The position numbers were made by a program, and so were the translations under genes. DNA of 64,000 bases from Styela clava (taxonomy: Eukaryota), in the NCBI RefSeq assembly GCF_964204865.1, contig NW_027556593.1, positions 1 through 64,000 of the forward strand. The letters run 5' to 3'. Below are positions 46,263-61,420 of the stretch, in pieces. The notes under the pieces were generated by a model. The model was not told where the DNA came from. It saw only the letters and a list, made by a program, of their open reading frames with translations, and did not search any database. Within the stretch, counting starts at the first letter, position 1. Every line of letters starts with the position of its first letter.

Positions 46263-49200
46263 ATGAAACAAAGATCAAATATAATATTCAAAACATATAA
46301 AAACGGAACAGCCTATCCTGTTATCGATACAACCAAAGATATTTATTTTTTCCCAATGGTTGTTTCTTCCGGGCATACTGGAGTTGATGATAAATTAACA
46401 TTCAATTCTGTCAATAAAAGATATATTTATACTGGAAGAAAATCAGTTATTATTAAACCTTTGGGGTGAGAAGCAGATGTTACTTTGCACCATGTGGAAA
46501 ATGATGGTACAATATCCGAAATCCCAGCCTCTGAAATAACAAAAGATAACTTGGAGGGTAAAGATCTTGTTGGAAAACGCAATATCACTCCAGGTATTTT
46601 TTTCGTTGGTAAGATTGTTTCTGCTCCCACATTTACACAAAATTATCGAACAAGTAAATTGGGGTTCGTAGAAAAAAAAATAGACTCTCGGATTGAAGCA
46701 GTCTTTAAAGAAGATGAAAACGACAGATTAAACATAATATGAGATTTCGAACATAATATTATAAAGAAAAATTTTGCAAACTTAATGTTCATGTGTCCAG
46801 AACTTAATGAAAATAATATTTTGGACATAGAAACTATTACAGTGTATGTTAATGAATCAGGAAAGTATGTTTATCATTCCATAGTATTTGTTTCGCTTAA
46901 TGAAAAACTTGAAGAGGCTGGACGAATGCTTGGACAATCAATTTTGTTCTCTCATCCAGGATCTAGTTTCTTTTTACCATATGTTGTGGGTTCTAAAGCA
47001 GAAAGAGTTGTAAATAAAATATTAAGTGATGGTTCTTTTTCGCAAACCAAAATAACCGTTCCCAAACATGCTTGCGGATATTACAATAAAGAATGATTAA
47101 TAAATGGTGATTTAATAGGTTTTGGAGAATTAGACAACACATTATTAGAAAACAAAAAAACAGAACTTAATGCTGAAGACACTACTGACGAACGAAAAAC
47201 AGAACTAACAACCGAAATTGCAACCATGATATCTGATGCCGAAACAAAAGCGTTGGAAAAAATTAATGAAATCGAACTTGTTGGTACGCCAGACAGAAGA
47301 AGTGCTGGATGAAAAATAGTACCTGGAATAGATACCATGCAACTAGCACTTAACGGCATGAGTGGTATAATGGGTATTGAGGTGTACGGAAGAAAAAAAC
47401 TAGATGATCCTTTGTATATTTCAGCAGATATAAAAAAATTGATGTTTTCTAGTTTATCGGAACCAACACCTGATCCCTTGTCTTTAACATATCAATACGA
47501 ATCATCTCACGAAATTATTCCAAATGCTTATTTCATGTTAAATAATTATGCTGCGGATTTGCTTCAAGAATTGGGTGTAGAATATGATCCCCGTATGGAT
47601 AGAAAAAATATGGGTTCTATTATGGTTAACAATAAATCCTCTTTGGATTATTCAAAATTAAATTATGTTAACGATTTCGCAAATGTTGTTTTACAAAAAA
47701 GAGTTACTTTTGTTAATGGTAAAACACGAACATCAGTATCACCTTTATTTGAAAACAAGGAAATTTATGCGTCTAAAAAAGAACGTAATATTGGTGAAAA
47801 TCAAACAGAAACAATATATGATGTGGGCGATGTTGCTGAAAACTCTGGAAAAAACAATGATTTAACATTGGATTATTTATCTATTTGTAATTATCTTAAT
47901 TTCATTAGTATTATTAATTCAGATTTAATGTTTCTATCACCGAATGTTGTTCAAATAACAAACTGAAAATCTTTTTGAGGAGATATTATCCAACAAGGTT
48001 CCACTTTAGTAGGTGCCTTAATAGGTTTCGGTGTTGGGACGGCCATATCAAAAAAAAGTAAAGGTGGTAAATTCTTTGCCACTGCTGGAGCGTGAATTGG
48101 TAGTCAATTGGGAAACGTTGTTCGAAAAATTTATGATTATGCAGCCAACGCGAACGAAGAAATGTTTATTAAAAGAAAAATGTATAATTCAAATCGACGT
48201 TCTTTCCCATTTTTAATTAGTTCCGACGCACTTGCCATGATTCATTCAAATCTAAGTGTTGCGAATCAATTATTACATGGTATTCCCATGGTGTTATTTT
48301 CGACATCAGACAACCCTATAACTTCGGTTATGGATTCTTCTCAATTTAACGATATTTATAAATTGAAATTAACAGACAAATTTAAAACAGAACCATTAAA
48401 TTTATCAGAACTCACTGAACAAGAAAAGGTCGATAAATTAAATGAAACACACGACACTAAAGAGTTATTGAATGGAAAATTTAAAATAGGTGCTAAATTG
48501 CTAGCTCTCCCACAATCCGAAGATGACCCTTATGAGTTTGAAATTGATTGAATAGTTATAAAAATGTTGGGAAAAAGACAAATAAGATTGACATTCTATG
48601 ATAATGAAGATGAAATTGTTGGTTTTTTCCATTTACAGAATTCGGCATTATTCGGAGGTAATATTAGAGAGATAACAACCAATATTATATTGAATACACG
48701 AAATGACAATTACTCTTCTGTGGATGCTTATCTCGACACATTGATTAATCTTCAACCTTTGGACTTAACGCCAATTGAAGCGGTATCTGCTACGGCAAAT
48801 GCGGCCGCACTTAAGGAACTATATGGTTTTATAGATAACGATGTTCTTATATTCGAAGAAAAAATAAAAGAAGAAGAAAAAAAACATTTCAAAGTTAATT
48901 TCAATGTGATTAAAAATGAAATTTTCGCTTATGCCATTGAAAAAAATGTTCCCGATAACGCTATTGATTATTGAAATGGTCAAAAAACAATTTTGCTAAA
49001 TAAAATAGACACTTTAGAAGAACATTATAGTTTTATAATTTTCGAAAACTTCAAAAGATACATAGAACTTTACTACAATTCTTCTACTCTTCTAGAAATG
49101 AAAAGAAAAGAAATAACTTCAACGGTCATATTACATGCCTCGTTAAAAGAACAATTATTCGAAAAAATCAATTCTTTTCAGGAAAACAATAACATTATAG

Positions 49201-51239
49201 CTAAAGAAAGAGCTGAGGCTGCTGGTGAAGTGGATAAAGCAGCCAAGATTAAAGCATATAACGATTTTGCTAGTCAAATTATAGCTACCAACACTGAAGG
49301 TGACTTAACAATTTTGAGCAATACGATTGATGGAGATACTGTTTTGGATGACTCAGATAAAACAAGATTAAAAGAAATTATTGCTGATAAAATATCAGAT
49401 ATACAACAAGCGTACGTTTCATCTTTGGTTTCAACATTGAATTATCAATTACAAGATTTTATAAACAAATATGAATCATCAGAAAATATTCAATCATTTA
49501 ATACTGATGGTTATATAAGAAGCATTTTGCAATTAGACGTCGACGAAAATTACAACTCTTTTTCAGCGGATAAACTAGAAACATTGAAATTGGTTGCTAC
49601 AGATATCGATGCTGACTTTTTAAGCGGTGATAAAACCACTGTTAATATTGATAACGCGATTACAACATTGTCTTCTTTCCAAGCAAATAACATATTATCA
49701 TTAAAAACACAAACATTATTTGATTCTCACGTTGACGTTACCTTGGAACCTTATGATGCTGACACTAACCCAACAGGGTTGAAATTAGACGAAATCCCTA
49801 CAGATCACCAAAAACAATTCCTATCTCAAGTATTCAACATCCCTGAAGAAACATGATCTAGTTTTAATGATCTATATGATAACAATAATATATTTATTAA
49901 TAAAACTCCATTTACTCTTTATAAGTATTTCTCATTCGAAAAAGTTGAAAAATACCTATCCAACACCGATATTGCTACTATTTACGACACTTTAAAAGAT
50001 TATGTCGCTCCTGATAAACGTCATTCAACAACTATTGATTTTCGAGGAGAGTACAATGGTAAAGATGGCGATACAAGATTACAAAATTTTATTGATGATA
50101 CCCCTCAATTTAACTGAGAAGTAACAACTGACACATCTACAAATGTTGGTTTTAATACACCTCGTGCATATATATCAGCAATGTTTATGTCGACAGATCA
50201 ATTTTGAATTACAATTCATAATTATAATTACAACAAAGGACATATTATTAGTACCGTAGGTGACGATCCACAAACATTTACTTTAGAACAAATAAAAGAT
50301 ATAATTTCCCCATCTCTTTTCGATTTATATAATACCAATAGAACTAAATTTTTTACAATAGTTAATGAAATTAACGGTAATATTACTAATTTAACTCTTC
50401 AAAAAGGAGACCCTTTGAATACTGCGTTAAAAGAAAAGTTATTACACCATAGAACAGAATTATTGAAAACAATAACTACTCTTCGTTTTCCAAACAAGTC
50501 GTCTTCTTCCGACCCCAATATTGAAACAACACCATCAAAAATACTACATGTTGGTTCAAGTGGTACATTTACTGTCCCTTATTTAAATTCAAATTACGAT
50601 AGAACACCAGGGGATACTTTTGACTATACAACATCTTATTATGATGCTTTAAATAACGCGTCTGACTTTCATAGACTTTCGAATAACTGATCTGGTGGTA
50701 GCGGATCAAATGTTTACTACCATACGGGTTATTATATTTATTGATCTAACATATTAAAAAAAAGATGAGAAATTAAGTTACCTTATTCTTCAACTATACA
50801 ACCCGAATGAAAGACATTGTCTTTTGAGCTTCGATACGATTTTGAGTGAACATATACCGTAGATACCTTAATATTTTTTACAGTAGGTATAAACTCCTTG
50901 GCTTCTTATTTTACAGATCCTTATCCTGAAACATTACGTATAAATGTAACAATTGATCTGCAAACTTTAAACGATGGTGAATCTAAAAGCTTCTGAATAA
51001 GTAATGTTGAATTAAATTCAGATGGTGCTTATCAATGAAAGAATTATAAGACTGTTTACCAGGAAAACGACACTTTCGGACAAGACATTTATTTTGTTTT
51101 AACTAAATCTTCAACAGGTCTATCTATGAGTTTTTCCAAATGATCATTACTTTATTGATTAGGAAAAAGAAGAAGCGACATAACTTCATCTATTTTACCT
51201 AACGAAATATCAATAAACAACATAAAATTAAAGGTGTAA
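46263..51239 (+). CDS. Large virion/tail protein, copy 2 (1658 aa)
   Basis: Allele of 950-5920. Confidence 0.7.
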
Positions 51240-51240
51240 A

Positions 51241-52389
51241 ATGGCACGTTTCATAAATAGTAAACCAAATAGAACAGATTACAGATGAGCAAGAGCAATT
51301 AAAGGGTTAGGTGAAGTAGCTGAAGGGACTGCTCGTGTATTTCTAGGTATTACGGCCGCTGCACTTTTGACACCTAGTAATGAACGAGATAAGGAAAAAG
51401 ATAAATTAACAAGAAAGGCATTTGATGATGCTCTTAGAGAAATTGGTGATATACCACCTAGTGATTTTCAATACAAATTAGATACATTAAATGAAATGAC
51501 GTTGAATAACGTCTTAGCTAGTGATGGAATCGAAATGTTGAAAGGCCAAAACATTAAAGATATTATCAATGATTCCGATTTAACTCAACATTTACGAAAT
51601 TTAAGAAGGGACGTACTAGAGTTGTTATTTGAAACAACACCAATCTTAGATGATATTCGAAATTTAACAAACAGTGAATTAATAGCTTTGTTACAAACAC
51701 CCGAAATAGCAAGATTGATTTATCAAAAAGGATTCAAAAGCATAGCTGATTTTATTAGATATTTGGAAAGTGTTGCAGAGGACCCTACAAATCTTGGTAA
51801 AACAGCTAATGAAGAATTGGATTTATCAGGGGACAATACAAGTAAAGGTACTTCTAGCGAAAAAAAGACAAGTAAAGCAGAAAAAGAAAGCAAGGCAAGT
51901 GAACAAGAATCAAAACCTGATTCCGAGGCAGACGACAAAAAAAAGGATGCTTGCGATATTATTGCCGAAAAATATGCTGGTATTATAGACACTTCATCTG
52001 TGTCAACATGAGTGAAAAAACTCCACTACAACCCGGATTCCTTCATGTTAGCAACTTTTTTCGCTCCAAGAGCTCGTCCCGGAAAATGATACACATGACC
52101 CAATTTTTCGTGTGAGGCTTATTTAAGGTTGGTTCGGGTTCTAAAAAGTGGACAACCTTTCGTTGCTAGCTCAATTGGAGGAGTAGGGACCTTATTATGA
52201 AGAGGTCCACCTGACATAGCAATCATGCAAACACGTAATCAATGAAAAGGATTAGGACGCACAAAAGAATTCAAATCGTACAAGGCTGTAAGAAAATCAA
52301 TTGGAAGAAACCATGCCATGAAAAAACGGCCAAGAAGAAAAACAAGAAAAATGTTAAAATTACGACGAGGAAGATATAGCGGAATATAA
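51241..52389 (+). CDS. Hypothetical morphogenesis protein, copy 2
   Basis: Allele of 5922-7070. Confidence 0.6.
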
Positions 52390-52754
52390 TGGAAAATTCA
52401 GAAATTAAAAAAATAAAAGTACACACTGGAGCACCTTGTCGATGCTTCATGGATTACCTATATTATAAATATAAAATAGATATGATATATGTATTACGTT
52501 GATGACAAGAAAAGCAAATCAAAAAAGAATATAAAACATGATTAGGAATGGGTTTTTGTTCTGAAAGCCCAGAATGAACATACTTGCGTCAAAAATTAAT
52601 GGTAACAGCATCACGATCAGATATGATTCGTCTTGAAAAATATTACGCAGATCTAAACGCAAAAGTTCAATCATCAAAACCAAAAATTGTTTTAGTAGGA
52701 GAGAACAAAAGTTCTATTGACATAAATGACACAAGAAACGACAAAGAAGAATAA
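52389..52754 (+). CDS. Putative terminase small subunit, copy 2
   Basis: Allele of 7070-7435. Confidence 0.45.
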
Positions 52755-54246
52755 TCCAGACAACAATTTAACATTAAGTAATTTGAGAATTTCAGATACA
52801 TATTCTTATTTATACGACTTGTTAGATCAAATAAAACACAACAAACCTTTTTCGATCGACGAAGTCAACTTAGCGGGAGGACGTCAAGCTGGAAAAACTT
52901 GAAATATTATTACTTTCTGTTTGTTGGCAAGCCTATACAACTTGGACAAAACATTTCACTTTTATTTCATTCGTAAAGTTTTGACTAATAAAAGAAACAT
53001 GTTTGAACAAATCAATAAAGTAATGCCTAAATGATTCTCAAAAGCAATGGGTATTACGACCAACATAACTTATAATTCGATGAAAGGTTATAATTTCGAA
53101 TTAAACGTTTTGGGAATCACTGGACAAAAAACAGCATACCAAGCACAATTAGGTCTTCCCCGGACAAATGCGGACTATATTATAATCTTCTACGAAGAAG
53201 CATACGAGTTTAATGCTCGTGATTTTGACCGTGTATTCAACGCTACCGGAGGATCGAAAAATTCAAAGATTTTGATTTTCAAAGCCAGCAACCCATGAAA
53301 CCCAAGTTGTGCATATTTTCAAGACTTTCAAAATGTATTGCCGTGAAACGAAAAAGTAATGATGAGTAAAGGAGAGGATTATTATTTCGACAAGAAAAAC
53401 AGAACTCTCTATCATTGAACATGCATTGTTAAAACGGTTCAGGACGATATTGTTTCGCCAAATCGTATTAAAAAGATGTACGAACGGGCTCATAAAAACA
53501 AACTCGAAGCACCAACCATATTATATGGAAAGCCAATGATTGCCGAAAACCAAACATTCGACACATCAAAAATTATCTATGTTGGAGGAGAAGGTGATGA
53601 ACCATCTCTTATTCCTTACAATGATTTTTTGATACGTGTAGGAATCGACTTCGGACAAACTCGTAATCCAACAGCAGTTGTTTTCGGGATATCGAATTTT
53701 GAAGGATCTCGAATATTGGTACTCGACACCTTAACAATTGAACATCACGAAAGAGCAATTCACACACCGGAATTGACAACTCGTATATTAGGATTTATAG
53801 TGTATAATATGAATCTTTTTGAACTAGACAAAAACGAAACTGTTTACGTTAATTGTGATACTAGTGATATGCGACTCGTGTGAGATCTCCAATCATTAGC
53901 TGATAAAAGAAATATTGATTATCTTTCTTTTTCGGGTGTTAAAAAAAATTCTAAAAGATTTAGAAGAAGCGAACGTCTTATGGCTTGAATGCTAGCTTTA
54001 GGAAATCGTTGCTTTTACATGTTTCGGAATGAAAACAACAAAAAATTAATTGCTTCTATGCAATCTATCGTTTTGAGACCTGATAAAAAAGGTTTTGTTG
54101 AAGACGAAAGTAGTGGTAGCGGTGATGACCAATACGACGCACTATGTTATGCGTTCTCTGACGAAATTGCCAGAAGAACATTAGGACAACCCACCGAGGA
54201 AGTTTCTAAAGAAATGATTAACGAAAAACCCGTGACTTCTTCTTAA
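52726..54246 (+). CDS. terL: Terminase large subunit, copy 2
   Basis: Allele of 7407-8927. Confidence 0.92.
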
Positions 54247-54317
54247 AAATAAGAGAGAAAACAGGCCTCTAATTTTACCTTTCCATAGTAAAGTACGTTA
54301 GGTTGTCCTTTTTGGAC

Positions 54318-54836
54318 CTATATTTTTAGGTCTTTTTTCGCATAAACGAATAAAACATAGGCTTCTGCAAGATCATCAGAAAAAAATTTAACTATTGTGC
54401 TTCTGGCGACTTGTTTGATTCGATATTCCACAGAATTTTTTTTCGTGTTCTTTTCGACTTCAAAACCTTTACCGTGTTCTTTAACGAAAAATTCTACAGA
54501 CTTCTTTTTTTTGAATTCTCGTTTCAAAGCTTCGTTCAAAACTTCTTTACTCACTTTTGTCTCATTGTGATAAAATGATTTTAGTTCTCCGCGGATGTTC
54601 ATTCGTGTCCTTTCGTAAACAACTCCTTTTTTGAAACTAAGAGATTTAATAATTTTCAAATAACCATACATGTCGTCATAGAAAACCAAGTTAGTAGTAC
54701 CGTTTATATCTCGAATTATTCGCGTATAATTCTCAAGAATGTCGTAGAAATTACCCTGATCATAATAGTATTTACCTTCTATTAAAGCGTAATAACCAGA
54801 TTTCTTCCCAACATCTCATGCGATTAAATTGTTCAT
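54318..54836 (-). CDS. Hypothetical protein, copy 2
   Basis: Allele of 8999-9517. Confidence 0.6.
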
Positions 54837-55447
54837 ATTTCTTTATTTAAACTCAAATTAGATGTTTCTCCTGTGTTTTTATCGATGTAAACAATATATT
54901 TTTCGATTTCATTTACTTTTAACCCAGCTTTTTTCGGTAAAAAATTAGTTGAGAAAAGTCTTGCGTATGCTCATAATTGACATCCATATTTGAATCTTTC
55001 CAAATTGTTTGTTGATCTTTTACTTGTTTTTCAGTCTAATACGAAAAACTTACGTGTTTTTGTGTTGTAACCAATAACATCAACAGTTCCACAAAGATAA
55101 GCCTCTGGATCCATAAGTTTTTGTTCTATTAAACAAACTTTCATATACTTAGGTAGAATTGTACATTTATCGTTTTTTACCAATTCTTCCATGTGCTTAT
55201 GGATTTCAATTCCTCTCTTTGATGCTTTTCGCAAAATCATATCCTTATATTCAGGATCCATTGTCATTGTCTTATCGTAATAATGTTGGGCATAACCAAA
55301 TACTGAGGTTACGCCATTCATTGACTTTTTGTTATATGTATATTTGTGTTTTTTTTCATCGAATTCCAAATATTGACTTCGTTTTTGAAACCTTGAATCG
55401 TCCAAGTGTTTCAATAAATATTTTTTATAATTAATATGATGTTTCAT
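54824..55447 (-). CDS. PD-(D/E)XK exonuclease, copy 2
   Basis: Allele of 9505-10128. Confidence 0.85.
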
Positions 55448-57878
55448 TGTTATTTTGTTCCTCCCATGTTACATCTTGTTTGAAATAATCTATACATTTC
55501 GTATCTCCACAAAAGCATTTAATGATTGTTCTTTCTTTGAACACCATTAAAAAACCTTTGTATGTTCGTTTGACTGTATCATGATGGATCTTATTAAGGT
55601 GACATTTAGGTACAAACCCTATAATATTTTCCTGTGTCATGCAACGTCTAACGCTATATCCCTTATCTTTTAGCATTTGAACCAAGTTCTGTACCCTACC
55701 TTCTGTTTTAATCCCTTTTTCATAAACAGCACACTCTTCAAGCATATTCTCTACTTCTTTTGGTATGTCTATTGGTTTTACATTGTTGTTATTATAATAG
55801 TAATCATTCTTATCTATCATCATCATATAGCTATATGGCTTAACTTCAATGTCATATTTCGAAGCAATTTTTCATTTTAATTTTCATAATTTCTTGCTAG
55901 GATTTTTAAAAACCAATTTGTATTTCCCTTTTTCTTTTCCTCACTTAGAAGTTATTGACAATGTTTTATCTTTGTATTTTAACAACAAAGGATGTTTTTG
56001 TACAGTGTCATCGTCATCGAAAACAACGTATTCCTGTGCTGGTTTAATAGCTAATGAATTAAATTGTTGAAACCTTTGTATGTTGTTTCCAGAAGTGAAA
56101 GGGTTAACCATATCTACCAAACTAATTTTTTGTGTGTCTACGGCATATTCCTTTTTCCTATTGATAACAAAACGTTCGGAATTATTATTTTCACCAACAT
56201 ACGATAGTGTTCATTGTATTTTATCTAATTCGATTCCGAGCCTTTTGATTTTTTCAACCATATCCATATTGTCTTCAAATAACTTTTTTCGATAACTCTC
56301 TTCAAAAGCAAATCCAACGAATTCATGCGGTAATTCTTTCATTCGATCTTCCTCAAATAATTTCAATCACGACAATCTTTCTTCATATGGGTACAATGAT
56401 AATTTTTTGTTATTAACCAACAACGCACTTTGTTTTGATGGTTTGTATATTCCTTTTGCCACTATCTTTTTCGTTTCCTTAATTTTATAGCAGTGGTTGT
56501 TCACATCTCGACTTAAAAATCAATCTAGTTCTGAAATAGTTACTTCGAAACCACTTTTATCCATTACTTTTTTAGGTACACCTGTCAAATCTTTTTTACT
56601 TTGAACGAAAACACCGTCCGTATTAATGTTGATTATTACAGCCTCGGGATCCTGCAATAAAATATTGCTTATTAACAATCAGATTAAAACTCGTCCTTGT
56701 CTGCAAATTCAGTTTTGCGTGGCAAATCCAGCCTCGTTGTTCAAAGAGTTCTTTTTGAAAAAATAGGGAAGAAAACCAAACGTCGAATTCAACAATAGTT
56801 TCATCGCTTCACGTTTGACCTTGTCCTCTTTTGTTCCGTATTTAAGAACTGTTGTTTGATGTTTTAATTCGCAATATCGGTTAAAACTAGCTTCAGTAAA
56901 CAATTTAAACAATTTAGACTGCTGTCCAAGTACCAAAATGTTTGGGTAAAGACTTGTGAAATCCATCGAATAAATTTTACCTTCTGTTTCGCTAGCCTTA
57001 AAAAACTTTCTAAAAACGACATTGTGAACCCCTCCGTTGTAATTATTTCCGTTATTAAGACAATTCTTGTTGTGCGCTGGTAGGTTTATTGGGTTAAAAT
57101 CATTTTCTTTAATGTGATTTCAAAACTCAGGATTGTCCTTGCTTATCCCGAAATTCATAATCGTATACGGATCGATCACAATTGTTTCTGGATTGAATTT
57201 AAACAAATATGGTAAAACGTATGTAATTTTTTTATTGAAAAGAGCTCAATCCAATTTACGAACAGCCAACAAACTTTGATTTGTCATCAATTGTTTAATG
57301 TTTAAATACGGGTGTCTGTCGTGGTTTTTGTATAATTTGTATGTAGCTTCCAAGTCATTTTTCAAATACGCAATACATTTTTCTTTGTTGTTTTTGTAAT
57401 AATCTCATTCTTCGAATTGTCTCTTATCACCTTTTTCGCCCTTTCAAATATCTTCTCCAAATTCTTTGAAGTATTTATTTTTTAATGACGGTCCAATCGA
57501 CTTATATAAATCAAATTGGTTATCCGCCAAATCGTAAATCTGTGGTCACTCATAAGCGTAAAGTCATGAATAAAAAGTATTATTTTTCTTGTAAAACTTC
57601 GCCACTTGTTTATAACCATTATTAATAATATAACCGTTGTATTCATTTAAGTTATTTCCGTTGTTGAAGTAGGTTATCATTAAAACGTCATATCGAAAGA
57701 AATTGAATCCAATTATTTTGTCACAATTTGGCATGTATTTTTTTATACCTGCATCGTGATTACTAAACTCTCGAATCGTAATTTCTTTCGTATCAACGTC
57801 CATTTCCCCCACAATAAAATACCATTCTTCAAAATTTTTGCCTTTGTATAATTCTGTATCGATAATTAATTTTTTCAT
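55431..57878 (-). CDS. Family B DNA polymerase with primase-like/Zn-finger extension, copy 2
   Basis: Allele of 10112-12559; the fusion is intact. Confidence 0.9.
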
Positions 57879-59443
57879 TATTTTATGTTTCCTTCCTTAT
57901 ATTTTTTGCTAATTATAAATCATCACCCGTTAACCATTTTACCTGAAAATTCATTTTCTCTTTTTAATCTTACTTTTTCAACATCGTAAGTATCAAAATC
58001 AGTATTCTCAAGTAATTTGTTAAAACGAATTTTTCCTTCATTTTCTCATCTATTATCTTTACAAAAAGACTTGTATTCTTCGTATATTATTTTACCATTT
58101 TTTTCCAAGGTTATATCGATAACTTCTTCAAATAAATTGTCCAAAAATTGTTCTAATTTTGGTCTTGTTCTTTTTGCGTACAATTCTTTCATTTCTTTTG
58201 TTTGATATATTTTACATTTCGATTTCACAAAATAATAAAATGCGATTGTCATAATCTTTGTCAAACTTTTCTTGTTGTACATAATCGACTCTGGATCATG
58301 TCTTGCCTTGTACTTACCAAAATTGTTTTTTAGTTCTATAAAGCAAAAACGTCTTCGTAAAGCCTCTCGCCCATTAATTTCAGAATTGATATGATATACT
58401 TCATTAGTCGAAAAAATATAATTTTGAGGAGGAATTACTTTTGAAAAGCTTGTTTTGTATTTTTCTTCGAAAGATTTAACGCAATTTTTGTCTGTAAAAT
58501 CCTTCAACAATGCTATTCTGCTTTTATTTAATTTGTACTCCTCGTCGAATAAAACAGCAACTCGGTTAATTAGAGTTGTATATATCATTTTATGTCCGGC
58601 ATCTAGCATTTTGATCGATGCTTCGTTTTGAATGCCGTCTTCGTTTGTTTTTTTTATTAGTCGTAAAAACTCAGATTTACCATTGTTTCCTCCACCATTA
58701 ATTACTACTATACTTCCCATTTTTGCTCTGTAGAGATTGACCTTAGCTAATATTGTGAATAATGTCTTTGTTAATTCTTCGTCTTTTTTAGCGAAATCCG
58801 CAACAAATTCGTATTCTTTATCATTGCGGAAATCAATTTCGTTATTTAAATATTTAGTAAAAAGTTCATAATCGAAAAAAGTCTCATTTGGTATAAATCA
58901 TGGTTTTTTGTGTTCCTCTGTCATCTCCTCTTTATTTTTTAATATCATGTCAGGTAATTCTCATTCGGTAATTCCGTTGTCGGCAACTCGGTATAATCCT
59001 TTGTTGGCGAAAAAAAACCCTTTTCTGTTTTGAATGAATCCTGCCATTTTTTTTTGATATTCAAAACTGCTATCTCTGTCCGTACTAAAATATTGTGGAA
59101 AATCTTCTCGAACGTTTTTGATCAAGTTGATATGTCCAATACTTTTTTTTGTGAAAAACTCTAACAAATCAAAATCGTCTCATTTGATTCATTTTTCTTT
59201 ATAAAATAAATAAAGTCCAATAGAATCAATGTGAAAAATAGGGAGCGTTGCCCTTATATACATACATATAAAGGCAACTTTTCCGTCTTTCAACCCACAA
59301 TTGTTGAGAAAAAAACTTGGTGGTCAGTCTGGAACCAATAATCGATGTTCACTGTAGTTAAAATTACTATTATTGAATAGCTTTTTGACCACTTTTGTTT
59401 TTTCCGATTGTGTATTGGGGATGAGGTCTAGCTCGCGTCTCAA
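57878..59443 (-). CDS. SF3 helicase, copy 2
   Basis: Allele of 12559-14124. Confidence 0.88.
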
Positions 59444-60207
59444 CCCGAAGCGTCTCCTTTAACTTCAATTTTTTTTGAATTGATTTCGGGTTTGTCATAT
59501 ACGATTGAGTTGTAGCTATTTCGAGTTAATGGAGCAATTGCTTCATCACGTTCTTTTCATTCACCGAATTTATCAGCTAAAAAGACTAATGAGTTTTGGA
59601 ATTTTGGTGCCATTGAAATTTTGTTTCATTTTCTCAAAGTTCCGTCTTCATTTAAGTAAGGTGTCTTTTTTTCCATATCTTGCATTAAGAAAGGTTGACG
59701 ATAAGTTAATCCTCTAACTTTAAGATATACACCATTCATTTTGTCTTCTTTGATTAGTTTTACAGCAAAATCGAAAACATCTTTTTCATCGAAAAATTGT
59801 CTAATAATGCTAATAAAAATTTTGATGTATTTTTGCTTTTCGATTGAATATGCGATGATTTGTAGTCGAATGTATGAATCTCCATTCAATTTAGCGTTTT
59901 TACTATTTTGAATAATCCCGTGCGTCGCTTTGATGACTGATCCGATTACCATTTGTGCTCTTTCGAATGCTCGTTTTTTTTCTCCCGCAGTGACAAATTC
60001 CACTCCACTTTCTTTTTTTGCAGGTTCATTAACTACCACATTATCTTTTACAGATTCTGGCGTAGTTGTTGTTGTGTTTTGCAATTTAAAATCAGGTGCG
60101 TATTGTACTTCAGTTTTTTTTGTTGCAGGGTTTGCAGTGTTTGTTGTTGGGTTTGCAGTGTTTGCAGTGTTTGTTGTTGTGTTTGTTGTTGTGTTGTTTG
60201 TTTCCAT
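59428..60207 (-). CDS. Putative SSB, copy 2 (+9 aa)
   Basis: Allele of 14109-14861. Confidence 0.4.
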
Positions 60208-60218
60208 TTTTTTTCTCC

Positions 60219-60608
60219 TTATTGTTTTGGCACGTTTATTTTGGCCATAATGGTTTGTTTTGCTTCTGTGATTTTTGTATGTTTGTTGATAATTTTTTCC
60301 AACTTAGCTGGTGGGATGCCAAATTCTAGTTCGATATCTTTAACTACCTTAACATAATTAATTTTTCGCATAGAAACTGGTTGTTTCATCGTTACTGAAA
60401 AAGAGTTATCTTTTCCGATAATTTTAGTCACTTCGTTTTGTGACATGTAATTAATCATTGCTTCTTTGTGTAATTTAACTTTTTCTTTAATACACGCTTC
60501 TTCTTTTTTTGCTGTGATAAAACCGTCTAAAACGACCAAATCTTGAGCTGAAATTACTTCTAATACTTCTTTATTTTTCTTTAACATTAGTGTTTTATTT
60601 GTTTCCAT
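60219..60608 (-). CDS. Hypothetical protein, copy 2
   Basis: Allele of 14873-15262. Confidence 0.7.
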   Translation of the reverse strand: METNKTLMLKKNKEVLEVISAQDLVVLDGFITAKKEEACIKEKVKLHKEAMINYMSQNEVTKIIGKDNSFSVTMKQPVSMRKINYVKVVKDIELEFGIPPAKLEKIINKHTKITEAKQTIMAKINVPKQ

Positions 60609-60618
60609 TTTTTTCTCC

Positions 60619-60942
60619 TTATTTTTTATTATTTGCTTTGTATTTTGCTTGTTCTGCTTTTTCTTTTTCTTCCATGTATTTTTTAGTGTGATGTTCTACA
60701 ACTGCTGATAATTTTGAATAATCAAAAGATGTTTGTAAAATATCTTCATGCAGTGCTCTAAATTTAATACTTGCTTCTTTGTCTTTCTTGTTTTTTTTGA
60801 ATTCAGCTTTTAATTTTTTTCCAAGTGATTCAATTTTTGACATTAATTGTAATCTGTCATATTCAAATTGTGCTAAATCAATAGCATTTTCTTTTTGTGT
60901 TTTCATTGTTTTTTCTCCTATGTTTTTGTTATTTTTGGCCAT
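60619..60942 (-). CDS. Hypothetical protein, copy 2
   Basis: Allele of 15273-15596. Confidence 0.7.
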   Translation of the reverse strand: MAKNNKNIGEKTMKTQKENAIDLAQFEYDRLQLMSKIESLGKKLKAEFKKNKKDKEASIKFRALHEDILQTSFDYSKLSAVVEHHTKKYMEEKEKAEQAKYKANNKK

Positions 60943-61420
60943 TTTTTGGTCCTCCTTTATTTGTTCTAACTATAAAATAATATCCTAAAATAATTTGTAC
61001 GATGAATAGTAATAGTATGATTATACCACAAATGATAAAACCAGTTGTTTTTAGTGATAAAAAATATCCTACTCATGCTGTGTAAAGTGGAATCAATCCA
61101 CTAACTGTAAATATAAAACCTGATTGTACAAGGCTAAATGATTTCAAATCTTTTCATTTTCGTTCAATGTTTAATCCTGAAAAGAAAAACGAAATGTTTG
61201 TTGCCAGGAAAGCAAACGCCCCCATTGGAAAACCAAGAAGGTAATAAAAATACACCGCATTATTATCTCCACTCATGTCTCCGATGACACTTCATTCTAC
61301 GTCACTAATCGCACATATTACTATTGACATTGTCGTAAATAATAAGGCTAAATAATTAATAGCCAATACTACCTTCAATATTGTTTTTTTTCAGTTTATC
61401 GGTTTTTTTATATTAAGCAT
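60929..61420 (-). CDS. Multi-pass membrane protein, copy 2
   Basis: Allele of 15583-16074. Confidence 0.65.
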
